NCBI RefSeq assembly: GCF_004010195.1
Contig: NC_057756.1
Coordinates: 6,468,835-6,501,209, forward strand
Length of the DNA stretch: 32,375 nucleotides
Source of the DNA: Chiloscyllium plagiosum
Taxonomy: Eukaryota
Direction of reading: 5' to 3'
Shown: one piece after another, positions 24,320 to 32,375 of the stretch
How positions within the stretch are numbered: position 1 is the first letter of the stretch
Layout of the letters: each line of letters starts with the position of its first letter
The notes under the pieces: generated by a model
Seen by the model: the letters and a program-made list of their open reading frames with translations, nothing else
Told to the model about the DNA's origin: nothing
The model's database searches: none
Made by a program: the position numbers and the translations under genes

Positions 24320-24813
24320 TCCTTCCACCCTCCCCTTCCCTATCTCTCCCTCTTATTCTCATTCTCTCTTTTATTATCTAATGTTGCTTCTCTTCCCTTC
24401 TGCCACCTCCCCTCTCTCTTGCTTTCTCTCATCTTATCTACTTTTGCTTCTCTTTCCTTACTCCACTCTCCCTTACCCCACTCTACAATCCTCTTCCTTT
24501 TATTCCTCTGCTGTCTAATCCTGCTTCTCTCCCCCCCACTCACTCTCTCTGCCCCACACTCTCTCTCTTCCTTTTATTCCTCTGCTGTCTAATCCTGCTT
24601 CTCTCCCTTCCCCTCTCTCTATTTCTCCAACCCTCCCTTTCTCTCTCAATCCCCGCCTCTCTCTCTGCACCAGCTCTATACATTTCTGTGACTTGTCTCT
24701 CTGCCTCGCTCAGTCACTGATATGTCCCTTTCCATCCCTCCTACACAGTCTCCCTTTCCTCCAGTTGTCCCTCTCACCTCTTCCACTCCTGCTTTCCTTC
24801 CCTCACCCACTCA

Positions 24814-24851
<38 letters not shown>

Positions 24852-24864
24852 CCCCACCCCTCCT
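24320..24864. repeat. CT-rich low-complexity intronic tract with (CT)n and an internal ~42-bp duplication
   Basis: TCTTCCTTTTATTCCTCTGCTGTCTAATCCTGCTTCTCTCCC at ~24492 and ~24566. Confidence 0.8.
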
Positions 24865-24891
24865 CCCCTCTCAGCATCACCCAGTGCTCAC

Positions 24892-24960
24892 TGGATCAAG
24901 GTACAGAAACAGGTGCCCATCTTGCAGTTCAACTTTTTTTATTTTGAAACTGTCCACACT
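24892..24960 (-). CDS. A2M: A2M-family exon (69 nt, phase 0/0), native copy
   Basis: Acceptor cattcatttcag, donor gtgagc. Translates SVDSFKIKKVELQDGHLFLYLDP, equivalent to human A2M LERSNHVSRTEVSSNHVLIYLDK (23 aa). Splices in frame to 24197 over a 694-nt intron. Confidence 0.9.
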
Positions 24961-25280
24961 CTGAAATGAATGACCGTAATTGAAAAACATTATTAATTAC
25001 AACAATGAATATTAATGAACCATTAACTACTAACCATTAACCAATGCTCGTATTGATAGAACAGAACTGGATACATAATAGCCCGCATTATAAAACTTTC
25101 AGTAATAGCCCGGTGGGTAGAAAGGAATTATGTGTGGCAGTCTTGGTCAAAGATGATATCATTGTCTTTGAATGGGATATAGTTCTTGAAATAGAATCCT
25201 TATAGAGTCAAAGAGATATACAACACGGAAACAGATTCTTTGGTCCAAATCAACTGTGTCAGCCAGATAGCCTAAATTAA

Positions 25281-26090
25281 CCCATGGGATCACCAATCTC
25301 GGGACTCATAGCAGAGGCAGTTATGCAAAGGTTAGAACAAACAGTCCTACCACAAATTCAACCCAAACTCTGGGTCAGATATGTCGATGACACCTTTGTA
25401 ATCATTAAAAACACGGAAATAGAAAAAACACAGGATCATCAACGCCACACTCACAGGAATCCGATTCACGAGAGAAGAAGAAAAGGACAACCAACTCCCA
25501 TTCCTAGACGTGATGGTACAGAGAACACCAAACGGAGAATTCACTACAAGGGTATACAGGAAAGCCACACACACAGACCAAGTCCTAAACTATGAAAGTA
25601 ACCACCCCAACACACACAAACGAAGCTGCATGAGGACACTATTCAAAAGGGCTACAACACACTGCAGTACACCAGAACTGCAAAAAGAAGAAGAGGAACA
25701 CCTATACAAGGTATTCACCATCAACAGATGCCTAAGAGAAAGACCCCTCTCAGCATCACCCAGTGCTCACTGGATCAAGGTACAGAAACAGGTGCCCATC
25801 TTGCAGTTCAACTTTTTTTATTTTGAAACTGTCCACACTCTGAAATGATTGACAGTAATTGAAAAACATTATTAATTACAACAATGAATATTAATGAAAC
25901 ATTAACTACTAACCATTAACCAATGCTTGTATTGATAGAACAGAACTGGAAACATAATAGCCCGCATTATAAAACCTTCACTAATAGCCCGGTGGGTAGA
26001 AAGGAATTATGTGTGGTGATGATGTCGCCTAGCCAGGGGACGAAACGTTTGCAACAAAAACTTCCAGCTCGGCGAACAGAACCACAACAA
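25281..26090 (+). mobile_element. 5'-truncated Penelope-like element (RT fragment + captured host DNA + 3' terminus)
   Basis: PMGSPISGLIAEAVMQRLE...WVRYVDDTF; LPFLDV...VYRKATHTDQVLNYESNHP; terminal TGATGA...GAAACG at 26017-26050. Confidence 0.9.
25771..25839 (-). CDS. Duplicate copy of the 69-nt A2M-family exon inside a Penelope-like element
   Basis: Identical to 24892-24960 (offset 879), acceptor caatcatttcag, donor gtgagc. Whether it is spliced is unknown. Confidence 0.5.
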
Positions 26091-26899
26091 TCTAGTCCCA
26101 TCTGCCAGCACTTGGCCCATACCCTTTCCTGTTCATATACCCATCCAGATGCCTTTTAGATGTCGTAATTGTACCAGCCTCCACCACTTCCTCTGGCAGC
26201 TCATTCCACATACACACCACCCTCTGCGTGAAACATCTGTCCCTTCAGTCCCTTTTAAATCTTTCCCCTCTCATCCTAGATCTATGCCCTCTAATTCTGA
26301 ATTCCCCCACCCCAGTGAAAAGACCTATTTTCTTACATCATCCTTGCTTCATTTGCACATCACAGTAAATCTTGTTTTTGTTCCTTTCTTCTCCATTCCA
26401 TTCAAGATTTTGAAAATCTCTGTCCGTTCTCCTCTCCAACTTCTGTCTTGGGAGAACTGTCGCAACATCTCTAATATTTCCTCAAAACTGAAAGTTCTTA
26501 TTCCTGGAAGCGTTCTGTAAATCGCTTCTGCACTTTCTCCAATGCATTCACATTGCCCCTATGATATGTGCCTACAACTGTACACACCACTCCAGCTGAG
26601 GTCTAACAAGTATCTTGCACAGATTCAACATCATCTCCCTATGCTTAAACTTGCTGCGACAAACTAGAACAATTCATTGTACCATGAAAGATCAAAGACA
26701 GAAAAATAATGGCCATAAGACGTGGGAATGTCAAACTCCTGAACATCTGAAAAGGAGTAAGAGAAAGAGAGAGAACGATAGAGCAAAAAAAAATCCACAG
26801 ACAAATAGAATAAAAATGGAGCACAGGTTATGGATCTTAAATCCTTGATCTAATTTAGTCTGGGAAGTTGAAAAGTACTGAGTTGGGAGATGAGCTGTC

Positions 26900-27200
26900 A
26901 TTCCAGGAGCTTGCATTGACTTCACTGGATTTATATAGCATAGCAAGGTCAGGAGTTCAGATTGAGAGCAAAGCCAGAAATTACACTGACGGGCAACTGG
27001 AAGTTGAGGGTTATGTTTGTGGACAGTGCTGAGGTGTTTACCCTAGTGTAAGGAAAGCAGCTGTCGATAAGATTGAAAGAAGTACAAGTAAAATCAGAAA
27101 GAATGGCTGGGAATCTGGAGGGGGAAGAGACAGTAAATGAAAGGCCAAGCACTGTATTTCCTACATTCACTTGGGGAGGGACAGAGTTCATTGCAGAGTG
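26900..27200 (-). mobile_element. Possible decayed Penelope GIY-YIG fragment
   Basis: KHLSTVHKHNPQLPVARQCN resembles the EHL...PVANHFN segment at 9328-9513. Confidence 0.4.
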
Positions 27201-27774
27201 ATGCAGGAAGTCAAAGAGGGAACAGTACCTGCAGAATTGTTAAAAGGTGTATTCGGCAGTGACATCACAATGATTGTGGAAGCTAGTCGGTTTCAATTTG
27301 GGTCAAAGCATATTGGCAAAATAGAGCTCAAAACATATTTTACTTGTGGACAGTTTAGGACTACTCAGTCACACAGCTCATCTTCACCCCATTACCATCA
27401 ATTCCCCTTTATCTACTTATTTCTAAATTAAAATGTTCAGATATGTCATGATACATTGATGGGGCAGGTAGGACTTTAATCCAAACACACTGCTGTCCCC
27501 TCTTTCTGTTTACACAGTTACTGAATTAAACAGCTAACCCCAGTCAGTAGCTTACTCTAACAGCACTGACAGATTCCTCACTTTTACTTAAATGGAACTT
27601 TTCAACACATGCAAACAATCATTGAACGTAGACTGACGGAAAATAAACAAAACAACTCTATTTCCTCTGCTTTACAACAGCCTTTTGTATTATCATTTTG
27701 TTTTCTTTCAACAATATCATGTTTAGTGACAAAATGGTCAGAACAAAACTTTTCTTTTTCATTGTTTTTGCTCC

Positions 27775-29240
27775 TCATCCCAGCAGTTGTCCCTCTTCAA
27801 TGATCTCATTTTTTTTTGAGCAAGCATTTGTGAACAGTAACCTGACAATGGATGACTGCGTTGGCACACTTGAATTGTGAATTCGTGCTACTTTACAACT
27901 TTTCCTTCAAATGGACAAGGTCAATCCTCAGCAAAACCCTTTTGCTGAGTGACTTTGTCCAAAGGAGGCCAGCTATCCACATAACAGTCTGTAGAGAAAG
28001 CTATTTTTTTAGATTGGCCTATGTGCACCCCTACATATATTGCTCCACTAGCCTCAGTGTTTCAGCAGCTGAGATGGTGTATTTTGGAGGTTACGTGAAT
28101 TGACTTACTAGGTGTTTGAAGCTAACCACTAAAGAAGATCACCAAGATCACGTTTCTTAGACCTTGGTCACCAACTTTGAAACTCAAAGCCTCCTAAAGT
28201 CAAGTTTTAGCCTTCTCTGTCTCATTGGGAGGCACATTTTCTCTATTTATCCATTTATGTGATAAGTATAGGTATACCCTCTCTGGTACCTCAGTTTACA
28301 CACCCAACTCACCAACTCCTTCTGTTAGGTTTATTCTATCAACGTATCTTTTAAAGTGTTTGTAGCCACTAAAACCTCTCAAGCATAAGGGCTTCCATGT
28401 GGTGTGTGTTCCACAGATTGCAATCAAATGTTCTTGCGTAACATTGTGATATACTCCTAAGGCCCTGTTCATTTCCAGGTTCTCTTTCAGAACTCTTATT
28501 GTGTTTACTGGCCCTCTACTTCTTTAGTCGAGACTGTGGTGCTGGAAAAGCACAGCAGGTCAGGCAGCATCTGAGGAGCAGCCTTTCGGGCATAAGCTCT
28601 TCAATCAGGACCACACTCTCGACTCTGATCTCCAGCATCTGCAGTCCTCACTTTCTCCTCTACTTCTTTACCTCATTTTGTCAATCTCTAAATCTGACTT
28701 TCCTGGCTGTCACCTTGCAAATGTAACTAACCTTTGCTTTCACCACTGGCTCTCCATATAGTGGTGATAGTCTTCTTTTCACTGGACCTTTCTGGTACCA
28801 TTGCTGCCAACATCAAGCTGCTGCCTCTGGGGAAAATAACTTTGGCACCATTTACTAAGTTTGTAAACTTTGTCCATAGTCAAACAGTCCTTACTCTGTC
28901 AAAATCTGGGTAATCATGCTACCCCACTATTGATGTCTGTGAACGGTCACATGCCTTAACTCTCTCTATGACTTGCTCATGTTCTGTAAGTGTATAATTG
29001 GTGCTAATTAGCTTTGAGGAAGGCACCCATAACAATCAGATTTCCAATGTGTATGATACAAGTTTTTCGATCATGAATGACAACCCTACCTGGGCCTTTC
29101 CACTATGACTGCTCTTCTCTTTTGTTACATGCCGATCCCTGGATTAAATCTGCAGGTTGAATTTTTTCAGACTTCAACCTTTCTCCCTGAATGCAGATCA
29201 TTGAGATGCACAGCAAGAGTGAAACTCATTGTAGCCAGGA
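27775..29240 (-). mobile_element. Decayed Ty1/copia-type pol (integrase C-terminus, RT start, RNase H)
   Basis: HLNDLHSGRK, KRE...WKGPGRVV (~29040-29230); QKEL...GV*TEVPER...LSHKWI...KAKT*L (~28190-28380); TISAAETL, CYVD, LRIDL (~27780-28085). INT-RT-RH order. Confidence 0.65.
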
Positions 29241-29569
29241 CATGATCAGATGCTGGAATCCAAAGTAGGCAGGCAGAAGGCTGGAAGAACATAGCAAGCC
29301 AGGCTGCATCAGGAGGTGGAGAAGTTGACATTTTGGGTGTAACTCTTCTTCAGGACTGGGGATGGGTGTAGGGGGAGCTGCAGATAGAGGGGTTGGCTGG
29401 GACTGTCACATCCCATCGGCCTTGTACCAGCCCTAGACCTCTTTGCAGGCTGCTGATGTGACATCGGCTATCTCACTCCTCTCCCCCACTTCAATCTCAC
29501 CCTCTCTGAAAGTGCAGCGGTCCACTCTCTCTGCACCAACAACTCCCCCCCTCTTCCCCACCGGTCCAT

Positions 29570-29822
29570 CATCACTCTTACATATTCACACACTCTCAGA
29601 CCCTCCCACATATACACACGTACAGCTCCCCCCGCCCCCACACTCACACCCATGCATGAACCCTCTCACAGGGTTATACCCCATCACACACTCACTCACT
29701 CACACACACAAACTTCACCAAGCTTGCACATACGCAAACACACTCTCTCATGTGCACTCACACTCATACTCACACACTCACATACACACACTCACTCTGT
29801 CGCTCTCCTACACACACACACA
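29570..29822. repeat. Imperfect (CA)n tract
   Basis: Visible CA repeats. Confidence 0.8.
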
Positions 29823-30312
29823 TAGGTTAATGGGGTGAATTTATATTTTCAGAATTATATTTGCACATACATTCTATTTTGCTCAAAAACTGAAGAATCT
29901 GCATGCAGTCAATAATATTTGTAATATTTTATAAATTCCTATTTTGGAAATAGAACCAGTCTGACTCAAGATTGGGATATAGACAGACTCTAAGCTCACA
30001 CTTTTAAGGCATTGTCTAAGTTGAAATGTCACCCTTTGTTCTAAAACATTAAGTTATCTTGAGAATGTGACTTAAAAGAAGTTCAGGGATTTACATATTA
30101 ATGACCCGAAACCAGCAAATCGATTCGAAAAGATGAAAGACCTAACGATCTAGGTTTGTTCAATGTATCATTGTATCACTGTCATGTTTTGTAATTAATT
30201 CTGTCTTAAGGTCCTGCTCCACAATCACCTGATGAAGAAGCAGCGCTTCGAAAGCTAGTGCTTCCAAATAAACCTGTTGGACTTTAACCTGGTGTTGTGT
30301 GATTTGTAACTA
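29823..30312 (+). mobile_element. Penelope-like 3' terminal region
   Basis: Ends in a hammerhead followed by AATAAA and CCTGTTGGACT...GGTGTTGTG; 5' limit approximate. Confidence 0.6.
30223..30263 (+). ncRNA. Minimal type-I hammerhead ribozyme
   Basis: CAC-CUGAUGA-A-GAAGC-AGC-GCUUC-GAAAG-CUA-GUG: intact core, 5-bp stem II, palindromic AGCU stem III, stem I CAC/GUG. Confidence 0.7.
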
Positions 30313-30329
30313 AGTTTCACAACTTCACA

Positions 30330-30993
30330 TCCTATCGACCTGCGACTCTACTTTCAAGAAACTATGAACCTGCACTCCAAGGTCTCTTTATTCAGCAACA
30401 CTCCCTAGGGCCTTACCATTAGGTATACAAGTCCTACTCTGATTTACTTTCCCAAAAATGCAGCACCTCGTATTTATCTAAATTAAACTCCGTCTGCCAC
30501 TCATCAGCTGACGAGTAGCAGATGATCAGTCAATTTGATCAGGATCCCATTGTGCTCTGAGGTAACTTTCTTTGCTATCCATGACAGCTCCAATTTTAAT
30601 GTAATCTGCAAATTTACTAACCATACCTCATATGTTCACATCCAAATCGTTTGTGTAAATGACGTAAAGTAGTGGACTCAGCACTGATCCTTGTGGCACT
30701 CCACTGGTCACAGGCCTCCAGTCTGAAAAACAACCCTCCGCCACCACCCTCTGTCTTCTACATTTGAGCCAGTTCTCCATCCAAATGGCTAGTTCTCCCT
30801 GTATTCCATGAGATCTAACCTTGTTAAGCAGTCTCCTATGGGGAACCTTGGTGAACACCTTACTGAAGACCACATAGATCACACCTACTGCTCTGCCCTC
30901 ATCAATCCTCTTTGTTACTTCTTCAAAAACCTCAATCAAGTTTGAGAGACATGATTTCCCATGCACAAAGCCATGCTTAATATCCCGAATCAG
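30330..30993 (-). mobile_element. CR1 RT fragment
   Basis: [14 protein letters not shown]...[10 protein letters not shown]...[13 protein letters not shown]. Confidence 0.92.
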
Positions 30994-32119
30994 TTCTCCA
31001 TCTCCTGATACTGCCTGGCTTGCTGTGTCCTTCCAGCCTCCTGCCTGTCTACTCTTTCAGGCAGTGTGTTCCAAGTTCCCATCACACACTCATTGAAAAA
31101 AAAATAATTTGCCTCAACTCCCCTCTTTAACATTTTACCTTTTCACTGAAATCTATGCTGCTTGTTATAAATCCTGTACTAATGGAACATATGCCTTCTT
31201 ATTGAATCATTGAGACAGAGGGAGAGAGAGAGGGAGAGAGAGCGATAGAAAAAGTGTGTTATTGAGTTACGCAACAGAGAAAGGGCCCTTTGGCCCATCA
31301 AGTTTTGATAACCAATTTATACCATCCACACTATCCCACTTTCCATTAGAAATTATTCACTGCATCTATGCCCCTCAATCTTATACAACTCTATCAGGTC
31401 CCTTCTCAGCCTTCACTACTTCAAGGGGAATAAACCCAGCCTGACCAAAGTTTCCTCAAAGCTCCATCCCAGGCAGCTTTCTGATGAATCTCATTCATAC
31501 CATCTTTCTATCCTTCCTGTACTGCGGATTCCAGAACTCCACACAATAATCTAGCTGTGGCCTAGCCTTTGATTTATACCGTTCCAACAACCTTGTCCTT
31601 ATATTCTGTGGCTTGGCTAAAAAAGGCAAGATTCCCACATAACTTCTTAACCACCTTATCTAGCAGCCATGTGAATTTCAGTGATCTCTTCAGTACCTTC
31701 TCGGCTGCCACCAGGAATGTAACTTGACCAGTAATCCAGCACCTATGGCTAATTTCTGAAGCTGAAATTAGAGTGCCTATGGGTGGACAGTTAACCATTT
31801 CTGAATTTTTTTTGTAAGGGCAATGAATGAATGAATTTTTTTTAAAGAATGAAATTGGCCATCCTTATCCAGTCAGGTGAGGCCCAGATTAAGCACCCTG
31901 CTAAAAGCTAATCCTCCCCAACGATTGGGAGAGCTATAAACCTGAAGCTGTGTCCCCTTCGTCCGAGATCCAACCCCCCTCTGCAGGATATGGGACTAAT
32001 GTCCTCCCATCAAGGATCCCGCCATCTCTCGGGATCTACTGACACCCTCAGCCCTTGAAAACCACGTGGCTAATTATTGCAGACAGTCCCTGACTGCCAA
32101 AGACTGCAAATAAAAACAG

Positions 32120-32375
32120 ATTGACAAGGATTTTAACAAAACTGGAGGGTTAGAGTTATAAAAAGGGACTGGATAAGCTGGGGCACTTTTCCCTTGAGCG
32201 TAGGAGGCTGACGGATGACAATAAAGAAGTTTTAAAAACCATGATCAAACAGGTAGATGAGAGTAAACCGGTTGATGTGGTGTATATGGATTTCAGCAAG
32301 GCATTCGATAAGGTTCCCCACAGTAGGCTACTGCACAAAATGCGGAGGAATGGGATTGTGGGAGGTATAGCAGTT
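32120..32375 (+). mobile_element. CR1 RT fragments
   Basis: LDKLGHFSLERRRL joined to VDVVYMDFSKAFDKVPHSRLLHK. Confidence 0.85.

Larger units (their letters stand above)
25203..26640 (-). mobile_element. CR1 3' end split by the Penelope insertion (25203-25280 plus 26091-26640)
   Basis: Joining AGATAGCCTAAATTAA to TCTAGTCCCATCTGCCAGC restores the sequence seen uninterrupted at 16786-16820. Confidence 0.82.

Noticed and set aside
24210..24964. Leu/Ser/Pro-rich plus-strand ORFs
   Set aside because: Translations of CT-rich low-complexity intron sequence.
26949..27000. VSVISGFAL as the upstream A2M exon (…KMLSGF…)
   Set aside because: No SNMAI-like motif, no suitable donor, in-frame stop follows, and it overlaps a probable Penelope remnant.

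Overview
Repeat-dense vertebrate genomic DNA with three assembly gaps (3815-4370, 15177-15940, 17168-17718). It is very probably elasmobranch (shark), judging from HE1-type V-SINEs and CR1/HER1-type LINEs. The only host coding sequence I can support is the 3' end of a minus-strand alpha-2-macroglobulin-family gene: receptor-binding/MG8 exons at 24892-24960, 24092-24197 and 19695-19732, with upstream exons apparently outside the window. Main oddities: (1) the 69-bp phase-0/0 exon has a second identical copy with intact splice sites (25771-25839), carried inside a Penelope-like element whose junction falls at the hammerhead core; (2) the last coding exon has GG instead of AG at its acceptor, with an in-frame cryptic AG 9 nt downstream; (3) a ~1.6-kb duplication surrounds a copy of CR1 DNA from 6 kb away, and one arm carries a 439-bp solo LTR whose empty site is visible in the other arm; (4) a decayed Ty1/copia-type pol lies at ~27.8-29.2 kb; (5) several minimal Penelope hammerhead ribozymes are present. 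The rest is CR1, SINE, Penelope fragments and minisatellites. All calls are from reading the sequence by eye; no searches were run.
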